Positions 27,652-36,599 of a stretch of 64,000 nt of DNA are shown here, in pieces (the stretch's first letter is position 1; each line of letters begins with the position of its first letter). The position numbers and the translations under genes were made by a program. The DNA comes from a virus. Its lineage: Duplodnaviria; Caudoviricetes. The stretch lies in IMG/VR virus record IMGVR_UViG_2974799246_000001, positions 1 to 64,000 of that record. One strand, written 5' to 3'. The notes under the pieces were generated by a model that saw only the letters and a list, made by a program, of their open reading frames with translations, made no database searches and had not been told where the DNA came from.

Positions 27652-28541
27652 TGCGTTTACTTAGTTATGGTGCCTGTGGCGGTGAACCCTTTCGCCGTCT
27701 GATTGTAGAAGACAACGGCCTGCTTGAAATCGGTGTGCATCCAGAAATCAAAGCATTCGGTTGCGTCTTCACAAACGTTAACGTTGGTCGTCGCATTGAT
27801 GGCACTGCTGAACTCGATCTGCCTGATGCGAAAGACTGGTCTATCGAAATGGCGAACTACTTCCTGTCGCCTGAATACAAGCAGTGGGTAGGCGGTCATA
27901 CGCCACGTATCGAAACGATGCTGGATGCGCACGTCATCAAAGGCAAGCTGCCGACACTGGCTCAGGACTTCGATGCGTTCTATGCTGACCTGCAACAAAA
28001 GATCAACGCACTCAATCTGCCTGACATTGTGTTTGAACACAGCACGATTAAGCAGACGAACCTGAACCAACAGTTCGACGTGTGGATGCTGTACAAGTAC
28101 AACTTGATGCTTGACGGCAAGATCTCTGTGACGCGTTCGAATCTCGGTGAGCTGGTCTTTCAAGAAGACTTCATCTCCGCGAAAGGTACGATGTGGTGGC
28201 TGCGTGAGCACAACAAGCAACTAATGGAGCTGGCCGCGAAGCACGACATGTTGGCTGCATTCATTACGTTCGGTGAATCACATCGCAGAGAGCGTGAGTT
28301 CTTCTACTCGTTTATCACGCACGAAGGCGCCACGTCACATCGGCCTGTTGATCCAGCAGAGTTCATGCACCTGTCTGTTCATGGTCAGTTCCCAGAGCTG
28401 GTCATCATTGATGAAGGTGAAGGGTATCGTCTGACTGTTAACTATGGGCAATACTTCCCTAAAGCGTATCTCGATCTCCAGGCTGCGACCAACATCACTG
28501 TCGGCAGCAACTACGCGCTTAACCTCTTGCGCTTTATCTGA
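27651..28541 (+). CDS. Hypothetical protein
   Basis: 296-aa ORF, TAATG coupling. Confidence 0.7.
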   Translation: MRLLSYGACGGEPFRRLIVEDNGLLEIGVHPEIKAFGCVFTNVNVGRRIDGTAELDLPDAKDWSIEMANYFLSPEYKQWVGGHTPRIETMLDAHVIKGKLPTLAQDFDAFYADLQQKINALNLPDIVFEHSTIKQTNLNQQFDVWMLYKYNLMLDGKISVTRSNLGELVFQEDFISAKGTMWWLREHNKQLMELAAKHDMLAAFITFGESHRREREFFYSFITHEGATSHRPVDPAEFMHLSVHGQFPELVIIDEGEGYRLTVNYGQYFPKAYLDLQAATNITVGSNYALNLLRFI

Positions 28542-28547
28542 CGGTGC

Positions 28548-28590
28548 CGAGTCTCCCTCAGTAATTTAAGTTTCTACAAAGGGAGACTCG
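28548..28590 (+). promoter_or_regulatory. RBS-sequestering hairpin with a TAATTT promoter core in its loop
   Basis: CGAGTCTCCCT (28548-58) / AGGGAGACTCG (28580-90) perfect 11-bp stem; TAATTT at 28562; ATG 28593. Confidence 0.75.
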
Positions 28591-28592
28591 CC

Positions 28593-28928
28593 ATGCAATA
28601 CGATAAGACGAAAGACTATCAGCCGTTCAAATACCTGGGTGCGCCTAAGCTGCCTAACGTGGGCTTCATCGCCAGCACTGTAACACTCGTCGAAAATGAC
28701 GTGAACATCGGTGAAGACGAATGCGAGTTTGTATTTACGGTAGAGCAGATGAACTCGCTAGACCGAGGAACGATGACCTTCCGCGCGAAAGATGCAGGTG
28801 GAGGCATCAGTATTAAGAAATGCTCCGTCTCTGGATTGAAAATGGTAATTAAGCTGGAACGACGCGTAGTGCAGTTCGGCAAAGTTCAAGTCGAGTGGGC
28901 TACGACCAGCCGTAAGTATCTTTATTAA
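28593..28928 (+). CDS. Hypothetical protein, probably late-expressed
   Basis: GGGAG RBS; preceded by TAATTT. Confidence 0.65.
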   Translation: MQYDKTKDYQPFKYLGAPKLPNVGFIASTVTLVENDVNIGEDECEFVFTVEQMNSLDRGTMTFRAKDAGGGISIKKCSVSGLKMVIKLERRVVQFGKVQVEWATTSRKYLY

Positions 28929-28969
28929 TCTGTAAAGACAGAGAAAGAGCAACCACAAGAGAAACGATA

Positions 28970-29668
28970 ATGGCAAAAATTGCTAAAACAAAGGAAGGGA
29001 AAAAGAAAAGCGCGATGAAGTTTGACTTGAAAACGCTCAAGACTTCACAACTGAAAGGCGCTGATTACAACCCTCGTTTCATTACAGACAGCCGCCTGAA
29101 AGCACTCGAAAGTTCTTTGGGTAGCTTTGGCGATCTGTCTGGCATCGTCTTCAACAACAGTGTCAAAAGCGGCGTATTGATCTCTGGCCACCAGCGTCTG
29201 AAATCCATCGACGGCTGGAAGACTCGCATTGAGATTCAGAAAGCCTCCGACCAACACGGTACCGTAGCTCTGGGTTACATCCACGCTACGCACCCGAAGA
29301 AAGCCGAGAAGGTTATCAGTATCCCGTTGCGTATCGTTAACTGGACTGATAAGAAAGCCGAGTACGCTGCGAACATCGCGGCGAACGCGCACGGCGGTGA
29401 GTTCGATAACAAGAAACTCGCCAAGCTGGTGGAGAAGCTGGACTTGACCACCATCAAGCCTCAGTTGCTGGGTCTTGACCCACTTGAGATTCGCGGCCTT
29501 CAACAAAAGCTGAAAGGCCAGGCTGCGGTTGTAGCTCAAGAGCGTGTCGGTAAAACTACAGGCCAGATGAACGGCAGTAGCGGTGCGTTCAAAGAGTATG
29601 GTACGGACGAAGTAGGTGAGAGTCTGAACTGCACCTGCCCGCGCTGTGGATTTAAGTTCGAGGGATAA
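28970..29668 (+). CDS. ParB/Srx-like N-terminal domain protein with C-terminal Zn ribbon
   Basis: LKGADYNPR, LISGHQRL, NIAANAHGGEFD, CPRCG; directly upstream of the C5-MTase. Confidence 0.8.
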   Translation: MAKIAKTKEGKKKSAMKFDLKTLKTSQLKGADYNPRFITDSRLKALESSLGSFGDLSGIVFNNSVKSGVLISGHQRLKSIDGWKTRIEIQKASDQHGTVALGYIHATHPKKAEKVISIPLRIVNWTDKKAEYAANIAANAHGGEFDNKKLAKLVEKLDLTTIKPQLLGLDPLEIRGLQQKLKGQAAVVAQERVGKTTGQMNGSSGAFKEYGTDEVGESLNCTCPRCGFKFEG

Positions 29669-29669
29669 T

Positions 29670-31799
29670 ATGATCATCAAGCCGCCTACTATGAAGGAAA
29701 TCAACAAGCTGGATAAACCCTGGCGTGGTATGAGTTTCTTCGCAGGTTGCGGTGGATCTTCTACCGGTCACAAGATGGCCGGTATCAACATCCTGTTGAG
29801 TAACGAGTTCGTGGATAGTGCCCGCGAGTCTTACGAAGCAAACCATCCGACTACTAAAGTGCTGCCGCATGATATTCGTCGTCTGGACCCGAGCAAGCTC
29901 ATGCGTTATTGTGGCTTGGCGAAAGGCGAACTGGATTTACTTGACGGCAGTCCTCCGTGCTTTACCGAAGACACCATCATTCATACAGCAGACGGCATGA
30001 AGTTCATCTCGGACATGAATGTCGGCGATCAAGCAATGACCTCTGTTGGTCGTTACTTCCCTGTGTACGATACTATGGTTCGTCCGTATGTCGGCACGAT
30101 GCACAAAATCGAAACTCTGCTGGGCGCAAACAACGCTACACCAGAGCATCCGTTCTTTGTCAGACGCAGCATTCCTACTGGCGGCTACACTGACCCGTTC
30201 TGGTGTGATGCGAAAGACGTTCAGGAAGGTGACCTGTTAGGTAGCCCGCGCACTACGCCTGACATGGGACTCGACGTGTATCAGTCTCAACTCGATCAGC
30301 TGCCGAAGCAGATTGCAGAGTGGAGCACATTCCCTGAGTTCTGGTGGATGGTTGGACACTGGTGTGATCGCGGTTCGATTGAAACAGTGAGCGGTGTTGA
30401 AGTCGTTAGCTTTGAGTCGCACTCAAGCCTCGAAAACGCAATGATTGAGCAGGCGTTTGACGCGCTGAAAATCAGCAGCCTGAACCGTATCGACACGATG
30501 ACAGCACAACGCAAAACGTTCCGTATCGTTATGGACGCAGAGCTGGTGCAGTTCTTACGCCGATTCGTCAGTCAGGGCAACAACAAGTTCTCTCGTCGTC
30601 TGCCTGCGATTGTCTTCCACCTGACAGTCGAATTGAAGCAACAGTTCATTCTCGGTTGTGCCGGTCATGACTATGTGACTGGTATGGGAACAGGCTTGGC
30701 GATCACCTCAGATAGCCGTCGCTTCCTGATTGAGCTGAACTACCTGTGCTGTTCTGCATTCAACCGACCGCTGTTCGATGGTCTGACTTGGGGCGACGTT
30801 TACTTCGGCAGCCCGATGACTCCGCGTGATCGTAACAGTGTTAAGCCTCTCATTGGCTTCCTGTTCCTGCAGGACGAACACAACTTCTTCCACGAGTTCG
30901 ATGACGCTGACCCGCATTTGTGGGTAGAAGTGATTGAGAACCTCGCGTATCAGGCGACATGTGACGTGTACAACTTCTCCGTTGAGACGGATGAAACATA
31001 CGTTGCAAACAGCATGGTCGTTCACAACTGCAAGGGCTTCTCTACTGCAGGTGTGAAAGAAGAAGGCTGGGGCAAGGAAGTTAAATACAGCGATAACAAG
31101 TATCAGCAGGTTGATGACCTGTTCGATCAGTATTGTCGTATGCTGGAAGGCATGAAGCCGAAGGTGTTCACTGCGGAAAACGTGAGTGGCCTTGTGAAGG
31201 GCGCATCGAAAGGTTACTTCCTTGAAATCATGAAGGAGTTCGACCGAATAGGTTATTACGTTCGAGCACCTATGCTTAATGCTGCGTGGCTTGGTGTGCC
31301 TCAATCGCGTGAGCGTATCATCTTTATGGGTGTACGCAAAGACGTTGCACACGCACTGGGTCACAAGACGGCTGCGGCCGCTGTGCCGAATGTTGTTCCG
31401 TGTGACAGTATGGCATTCCTTGCCGATGCTCTGCCGCATATTCTGCGATACAAGTCCACGAAGAAAGATATCATCACCTATCTTCCTGCGATGAACGGAC
31501 CTATGCCAACGATCACTGCTGCCGACGCCATTGCGTATGAGACCGCGCGATTCTCATCGGCTGGCTTCGTCGAGGACAACAAAGGTCATCGCCGTAAACT
31601 GACCATTGACGAACTCAAAGTGATATCGGGTTTGCCCTCAGACTACAAACTGAAAGGCAAATTCGAAGAACAGTGGGAACGTCTTGGTCGTATCTGTGTG
31701 CCTGCAATGACACACGCAGCGGCTAAAGCGCTCATCGAACACGTCCTGATTCCTTACGCGAAGAAACGTAAGAAGAAGCCAGGCGATATCTTTAAGTAA
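29670..31799 (+). CDS. C5 DNA cytosine methyltransferase-family enzyme, predicted carboxymethyltransferase; intein-containing
   Basis: FAGCGG (motif I), GSPP|CKGFS (IV), ENVSGL (VI), PQSRERI (VIII), RKLTIDE..ISGLP (IX); motif X reads QWERLGRICVP instead of Q..Q.GN.V.P. Confidence 0.88.
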   Translation: MIIKPPTMKEINKLDKPWRGMSFFAGCGGSSTGHKMAGINILLSNEFVDSARESYEANHPTTKVLPHDIRRLDPSKLMRYCGLAKGELDLLDGSPPCFTEDTIIHTADGMKFISDMNVGDQAMTSVGRYFPVYDTMVRPYVGTMHKIETLLGANNATPEHPFFVRRSIPTGGYTDPFWCDAKDVQEGDLLGSPRTTPDMGLDVYQSQLDQLPKQIAEWSTFPEFWWMVGHWCDRGSIETVSGVEVVSFESHSSLENAMIEQAFDALKISSLNRIDTMTAQRKTFRIVMDAELVQFLRRFVSQGNNKFSRRLPAIVFHLTVELKQQFILGCAGHDYVTGMGTGLAITSDSRRFLIELNYLCCSAFNRPLFDGLTWGDVYFGSPMTPRDRNSVKPLIGFLFLQDEHNFFHEFDDADPHLWVEVIENLAYQATCDVYNFSVETDETYVANSMVVHNCKGFSTAGVKEEGWGKEVKYSDNKYQQVDDLFDQYCRMLEGMKPKVFTAENVSGLVKGASKGYFLEIMKEFDRIGYYVRAPMLNAAWLGVPQSRERIIFMGVRKDVAHALGHKTAAAAVPNVVPCDSMAFLADALPHILRYKSTKKDIITYLPAMNGPMPTITAADAIAYETARFSSAGFVEDNKGHRRKLTIDELKVISGLPSDYKLKGKFEEQWERLGRICVPAMTHAAAKALIEHVLIPYAKKRKKKPGDIFK
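29958..31028 (+). mobile_element. Intein (357 aa) with decayed LAGLIDADG domain, inserted just before the catalytic Cys
   Basis: C-FTEDTII, ATPEHPF, VYNFSVETDETYVANSMVVHN|C; degenerate blocks MVGHWCDRGS and FILGCAGHD. Confidence 0.9.
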
Positions 31800-31807
31800 G
31801 GGCATAT

Positions 31808-31906
31808 ATGTTCTGGCTTGGACTTGGCATTGGTGTCGTATTGGGTCTGATTATCGCAGCCCTAATTCTGATCTACTACTTCAAAGACTTTGCGGTCTTT
31901 CGTTAA
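31808..31906 (+). CDS. 32-aa single-TM peptide
   Basis: MFWLGLGIGVVLGLIIAALILIYYFKDFAVFR*; AAGGG RBS. Confidence 0.6.
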   Translation: MFWLGLGIGVVLGLIIAALILIYYFKDFAVFR

Positions 31907-31938
31907 TCAATAGGACAAGGAAGTCCAGGAGAATTGAA

Positions 31939-32505
31939 ATGTCATACACTATCAAGCGTGACCTGATGATCGCGTTCGTACAAAACGATCAACTGCAATG
32001 TGCTTCAATTAAAGTGAAAGCAAGCGGCAACGAAGACGTGTTTATCTATAACGCGTTGGGTGGATTGCAGGCGCTGCTCAACACGAAGATCTTCACGCAG
32101 AAGCCTACGGACGTTGACCTGCTTCCTACGCTGGAGTATCGTCAGGCTGCGCACTGTCTTTATTCGGACACAGGCATTCTGAAACGTCTGGAGAACATCT
32201 TCTCCAAAGACGGCGTGACAATCAAACTGGTCGATAAGCAGAAAGACAGTGTGCTGTCCGTTGCCTCCCTGTTCTGGATTGATCGCAAAGACATGGTGGC
32301 CTGTCAGGTGCTTGAGACAGACCTGGAGAAGCATGACAAGAAAACGTTAATCGTCACCGAAGACCTCGATGTTGATTACGTTAACTCCCCTGTTGTGATT
32401 CCGTACGATGCGGACGCCCAGTGCGTTCATGACACCTATCTGTGTGAGCGTGTGTATACGCTGCATGGCTGGAACGAAACCGTCACCTGCGCTGTAGGTA
32501 AATAA
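31939..32505 (+). CDS. Hypothetical protein
   Basis: AGGAG RBS. Confidence 0.7.
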   Translation: MSYTIKRDLMIAFVQNDQLQCASIKVKASGNEDVFIYNALGGLQALLNTKIFTQKPTDVDLLPTLEYRQAAHCLYSDTGILKRLENIFSKDGVTIKLVDKQKDSVLSVASLFWIDRKDMVACQVLETDLEKHDKKTLIVTEDLDVDYVNSPVVIPYDADAQCVHDTYLCERVYTLHGWNETVTCAVGK

Positions 32506-32506
32506 C

Positions 32507-32674
32507 ATGGTACGCTACCCGATAATCTTCTTCGCTACATGGATTCTGGTAGCGTACTCGTTATCGACAGTGGACGTTTCTGTGGAGTGGTGTGAAAAGG
32601 TAGGCATGGTGTGCGCTGCGTTCTTCACCCACTTTGAAATGAAATGGCAGCGCTTTATCAAGGAGCAACAATGA
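32507..32674 (+). CDS. 55-aa membrane peptide
   Basis: MVRYPIIFFATWILVAYSLS...; fills the gap and couples to the next ATG. Confidence 0.55.
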   Translation: MVRYPIIFFATWILVAYSLSTVDVSVEWCEKVGMVCAAFFTHFEMKWQRFIKEQQ

Positions 32675-33081
32675 GTAAGCGCCAAGAAGCAATTGCTGTA
32701 CTGAAAGAGTTCTTCTTTGACTTCCAACGAGGTTTCGTTCGCTTCGACTACGAAGAAGGTTTGTCTTCGTTTCAATTTCACGTTGATGAAATCCGTGAAG
32801 TCCAGATTCACACAGGCGAAGGTATCAATAAAGCCAATGGCGATATCATCCTGGTGTCTCGCGTAAACATTGATCTCATTGGTGGCGGCTCTGCGCATTC
32901 GTGTTCATTGCACCCTGAGAAAGGTCTGGAAAATTTAAAGCGTCTTGCATCGGCCTTGCTTCTGCTGCGAGACTCTGCCTGCGGTCTCTCATACGCTAAC
33001 TATGCGGTGAAGGCTGTAGAGACAAAGTTCTATCTCAATCCGCCTACAGTAAACTGGCAGGTTGAATCTCCCGCCGAGTAA
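32671..33081 (+). CDS. Hypothetical protein
   Basis: AAGGAG RBS before ATG 32671. Confidence 0.65.
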   Translation: MSKRQEAIAVLKEFFFDFQRGFVRFDYEEGLSSFQFHVDEIREVQIHTGEGINKANGDIILVSRVNIDLIGGGSAHSCSLHPEKGLENLKRLASALLLLRDSACGLSYANYAVKAVETKFYLNPPTVNWQVESPAE

Positions 33082-33139
33082 TCGGCATTCGGTGTGCGAC
33101 ACAAAAGTGATTGCACCCTCTACCTAAAAGGTATGTACT

Positions 33140-33877
33140 ATGACTAAGCAACACACTTCCTACAGCTCTGCATTCGCTATCGGTGAAATGGCTCTGCTGT
33201 CTCTCGATAACTTTGGGCAAAACAAAGTACCTTACGGTGTAGTCGAAGGCTGCATGGCTTACGGTGAACAGCGTCTGTACCGCGTATCGTTGTTTGTGAA
33301 CGATGGTCCTGAATCGAATCCGTCTGCGTTCCTGCATCAAGGTCGTCCTGTCGATGGCTTCATTGCATCGGATCTGAAAGCGGTCAAAGAGCAGTACGTT
33401 GATCATATTGGTCACGTTGGTCGCTTCGAACAGCCTCACCACAAACTCGGTGATTCGCTGTTTATATCCGGCCAGCTGGTGGAAGTTGATATCGACCTTG
33501 AACTGCCTGGTGAGTACGACAAGTTCAACATTCCTGTGCAGATCACTGGCGTCACCTATGTTGAAGGTAAAGTGCTGTACGAAGTGAGCATCCAACGTGC
33601 ATACTATAATGACGGTCGTGTTAACGGTGGTCGTCTGGTGCGTGATACGTTGAGCAATATCGACAGCATCTACATCAAGCCTATTGCTGGTTGGCCTAAG
33701 ACCTGCCTCGAACAAGAAGGCGATGCAACGTTAATCATCAAAGGCGACGGCACGGTGACTATTGATGGCGCGGCCGATGTGGTAATCACTGCGAACAGCA
33801 TCTCACTCGAACCTGTAGTATCAGGCAGAACGTCTGGTCTTGTAGAGAACCAGAGCAACGTCCCGCGTTCTAAGTAA
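33140..33877 (+). CDS. Hypothetical protein
   Basis: 245-aa ORF followed by a terminator. Confidence 0.7.
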   Translation: MTKQHTSYSSAFAIGEMALLSLDNFGQNKVPYGVVEGCMAYGEQRLYRVSLFVNDGPESNPSAFLHQGRPVDGFIASDLKAVKEQYVDHIGHVGRFEQPHHKLGDSLFISGQLVEVDIDLELPGEYDKFNIPVQITGVTYVEGKVLYEVSIQRAYYNDGRVNGGRLVRDTLSNIDSIYIKPIAGWPKTCLEQEGDATLIIKGDGTVTIDGAADVVITANSISLEPVVSGRTSGLVENQSNVPRSK

Positions 33878-33883
33878 GACCTT

Positions 33884-33910
33884 ATGGGTGGCTTCGGTCA
33901 CCCATTTTTG
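33884..33910 (+). terminator. Intrinsic terminator
   Basis: ATGGGTGGC-TTCG-GTCACCCAT-TTTTG. Confidence 0.8.
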
Positions 33911-33946
33911 TATCTGGAATCTGTAAATATATGTCAGGAGGATAGC

Positions 33947-34282
33947 ATGAAAGAGAAAGTAGAAGAATTGAGGCAGTATGTGCTCAAGCGTGTCAATGAG
34001 AACGCACAGCCTGAATTGGGTGTTGGTGAAGAGGCCATTCGTAGTCACGCCCGTGACGTGGTTGAAGGTATCATGAAGTCATTGAAGGAGACTTCTTCTG
34101 GCATTCGCGTTGTATGTGACGAATCAAACAATCCTAAGTACAACATCGACAACAATATCCTTACTCTGGACTTGTTGATCTCAGACCCACATGTAATCAA
34201 AATAATCTTTGAAGGAAACGACAATGCTAAAACGTCTGTTGGCTTTATTCAGCAAGAAGCAATCGTCCCAAAAGACGTTTGA
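33947..34282 (+). CDS. Hypothetical protein
   Basis: AGGAGG RBS; CTGTAAAT motif at 33921. Confidence 0.65.
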   Translation: MKEKVEELRQYVLKRVNENAQPELGVGEEAIRSHARDVVEGIMKSLKETSSGIRVVCDESNNPKYNIDNNILTLDLLISDPHVIKIIFEGNDNAKTSVGFIQQEAIVPKDV

Positions 34283-34706
34283 AGAAAAGCTGGAACAACT
34301 GAGTGACTACGATCGGACAGCGCGTGTTGATCGTCAAGGCAATACCCACTTCGCTAAAGATGAACGTGCTGTGCGTATGCACCGAGCGCTGCATCCTGGT
34401 CATCAACCTCGTCCTGACCGTAGGCCACCTGTGACTCAAAGCCGCCACCAGTTTGAAGCGCCTGCCCGTCGCGGCATGACTATCAACCAAGCGTCAGAAC
34501 AGCGTATGCGCAACGATGATGCGTTTCTGCATGGTATGATGGCGCAGTCTATGATTAACAACTCAACGCCATCTCGTCTGCATGATGTTGATACGTGCCA
34601 CACTCCGCACCATACCCCATATCATACGCCGAGCGGTGGGTACGACACAACTCCGTCTGATGGTGGCGGCTCCTACGACGGCGGCGGCGGAGGTTCCTGT
34701 GATTAA
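34224..34706 (+). CDS. Hypothetical protein with H/P/G/S/D low-complexity C-tail
   Basis: Ends HTPHHTPYHTPSGGYDTTPSDGGGSYDGGGGGSCD. Confidence 0.65.
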   Translation: MLKRLLALFSKKQSSQKTFEEKLEQLSDYDRTARVDRQGNTHFAKDERAVRMHRALHPGHQPRPDRRPPVTQSRHQFEAPARRGMTINQASEQRMRNDDAFLHGMMAQSMINNSTPSRLHDVDTCHTPHHTPYHTPSGGYDTTPSDGGGSYDGGGGGSCD

Positions 34707-35037
34707 ACGTTTAATGAACTGGATAGGCTTGATGCTTATCTCGGACAAAAACAAGCGTAAGCTCCGTCAACACGAAGCGATGCTGCGCGCCTGTACCGAC
34801 GTGTATGATTGGTGTGGTGCTGACTTCCCTCAAGCCGCCGAAGCTGTCGAGTATGTGCGTACTCGCGCACTTGGCTATGAAGGCCGCTTGAACTACAACA
34901 ACAATATCATGAGTCCCTACGACTGCCATTCAGGGATTAGTGATTGGCGAGAAGCGATGCGCCGTAAGTACAAGAACCTGCCTGAGCTTGACTTCGACGG
35001 CAAGGACTTCAAAGTTAAGAGCGTCATTGTTGATTAA
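34699..35037 (+). CDS. Hypothetical protein
   Basis: GTG 34699 with GGAGG RBS. Confidence 0.6.
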   Translation: MIKRLMNWIGLMLISDKNKRKLRQHEAMLRACTDVYDWCGADFPQAAEAVEYVRTRALGYEGRLNYNNNIMSPYDCHSGISDWREAMRRKYKNLPELDFDGKDFKVKSVIVD

Positions 35038-35046
35038 GGAAACAGT

Positions 35047-35232
35047 ATGAGCAAAGAGGGTGATCGCGAGAAACTCCAGGAGTTCCGCGACGAGTTAGAA
35101 CAGGATTGCGATCAGCAAGAGGAAGAAGACTTCGACTTCTCTGATAACGATCCCCTGCTGGACGCTTGCTGCGCTGCACCGCATTGGGATGAAGACGGAG
35201 TGTGTACGCACTGCGGTTCCGACCCACGTTAA
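35047..35232 (+). CDS. Small acidic Cys-cluster protein
   Basis: AAGGA RBS; CC...CTHC. Confidence 0.6.
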   Translation: MSKEGDREKLQEFRDELEQDCDQQEEEDFDFSDNDPLLDACCAAPHWDEDGVCTHCGSDPR

Positions 35233-35259
35233 TCCACAAACCATATACCGAGAATAAGC

Positions 35260-35727
35260 ATGGAAAAGAATACCGACGAGAAGATTGTTGTGCTAGACAA
35301 GGATGTGTTTGGCCGTCTGTTGAGTTATGCAGAGGTTGGGGAACGTGATTGCGGTGAGAACTTCTTCGGCCAGTCTATCAAGGATATTAAAAAGCATGTA
35401 GCTCGCTTCAATATCCACCAGCGCACGGCTATGGCATCTGACCTGCGTGACGCGAAGCTCTACAAAGCAGCGCGTCGTCGATTCGTGAAGAAGGCCGCGC
35501 GTTTAAGTTCGCAGCGTGATACCGTACGCTACATGGTTGACCATCAGCACAGGGTCATCTACCCCGTGAAGATCATCGGCAAGTCGGCCATAGGACCACA
35601 TCGTTTGAAGTACGAAAGCCTGTGTGATGGTTGGACGAGTGATGCAGTGGTAGACTACATCTTCGAGACACGCGAAGAACTGCCTGCTGATTACCGTGTT
35701 GTTGAAGTAGGAGAACGCATTGAATGA
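35260..35727 (+). CDS. Hypothetical protein
   Basis: ORF in operon. Confidence 0.65.
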   Translation: MEKNTDEKIVVLDKDVFGRLLSYAEVGERDCGENFFGQSIKDIKKHVARFNIHQRTAMASDLRDAKLYKAARRRFVKKAARLSSQRDTVRYMVDHQHRVIYPVKIIGKSAIGPHRLKYESLCDGWTSDAVVDYIFETREELPADYRVVEVGERIE

Positions 35728-35921
35728 AACCGCACGAGATTATATTCGTCACCAGCACATTCGCCTGCATTCTGACGTGGTGTTTATATCAGAACGATCT
35801 GTGGTGTGAGCGCAACATCATGTCCCACCAGCGTTCTAACAAAATACGTTGGTCATTCATTATCAGCGCCTCTGTCTTCTTTGTCAGTCTTTGCTATAAC
35901 GCCTATCTGGAGTGGTATTGA
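35724..35921 (+). CDS. Small two-TM membrane protein
   Basis: Two hydrophobic segments. Confidence 0.55.
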   Translation: MKPHEIIFVTSTFACILTWCLYQNDLWCERNIMSHQRSNKIRWSFIISASVFFVSLCYNAYLEWY

Positions 35922-36325
35922 TGAAAGCACTCTCTATCCGCCAACCGTGGGCGTGGCTGATCGTTCAAGGCCACAAGAAGATTGAGAACCGCACGTGGGA
36001 CACGAAGAAGCGCGGACGTTTTCTCGTTCACGCCTCATCTAAGCGTCCGTCTGATCACGACATGCAGGTAGCGAGAGAAATCTGCGACGGTCTGAATATC
36101 ACGCTGCCTGAAAAGCATGAGTTCGTGCTTGGCTCTATCGTAGGCTACGCTACTGTCTGCGGTACTGTCACGCAGTCCGATGATCCATTTTTCTTCGGGC
36201 CTGTAGGCATTCAGTTGAAAGATTGTCGTGCTGTCGAACCGATTCGCTTCAAAGGTGCTCTCAGTTTCTTCAACACACCGTACTGTGTCGTAGGCGGTAA
36301 GGTAGTTCAGTCACCACGATGCTAA
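35921..36325 (+). CDS. ASCH domain protein
   Basis: MKALSIRQPWAWLIVQGHKKIENRTW..RG..LVHAS. Confidence 0.9.
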   Translation: MKALSIRQPWAWLIVQGHKKIENRTWDTKKRGRFLVHASSKRPSDHDMQVAREICDGLNITLPEKHEFVLGSIVGYATVCGTVTQSDDPFFFGPVGIQLKDCRAVEPIRFKGALSFFNTPYCVVGGKVVQSPRC

Positions 36326-36534
36326 GACCCATACTCGTACCTCAGCAAGGCAAGCTCGTTCTAGCGCATCTCATCAATGAAGATCGCAACGAAGTTTATT
36401 TCGTGCGTCACCTTAAGGTGAGAGGTGTGGTTGTGTGTCAAGTCGGGATCGTGCCTGTGACAGTCGTAACATTCCTATATGGCTTCTCGCCCACTACGGA
36501 TGATTACGATGTGGTTAGGCAGATGCGCAAATAA
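36319..36534 (+). CDS. Hypothetical protein
   Basis: Short ORF before a terminator. Confidence 0.5.
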   Translation: MLRPILVPQQGKLVLAHLINEDRNEVYFVRHLKVRGVVVCQVGIVPVTVVTFLYGFSPTTDDYDVVRQMRK

Positions 36535-36538
36535 TATT

Positions 36539-36563
36539 AGGGTGGCCTCCGGCTGCCCTTTTT
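36539..36563 (+). terminator. Intrinsic terminator
   Basis: AGGGTGGCC-TCC-GGCTGCCCT-TTTT. Confidence 0.75.
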
Positions 36564-36599
36564 GCGTAATTTCTCCACATTAGCAAGAGGAGAAATACC

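Noticed and set aside
33091-33117. Imperfect intergenic hairpin as an ncRNA or terminator
   Set aside because: Weak, mismatched stem with no U-tract.
33884-33946. N-terminal extension MGGFGHPF of the ORF at 33884
   Set aside because: It overlaps a terminator hairpin; the ATG at 33947 has an AGGAGG RBS.
34590-34706. Short His-Thr-Pro and Gly repeats as a DNA repeat array
   Set aside because: Protein-level low complexity only; no regular nucleotide repeat-spacer structure.
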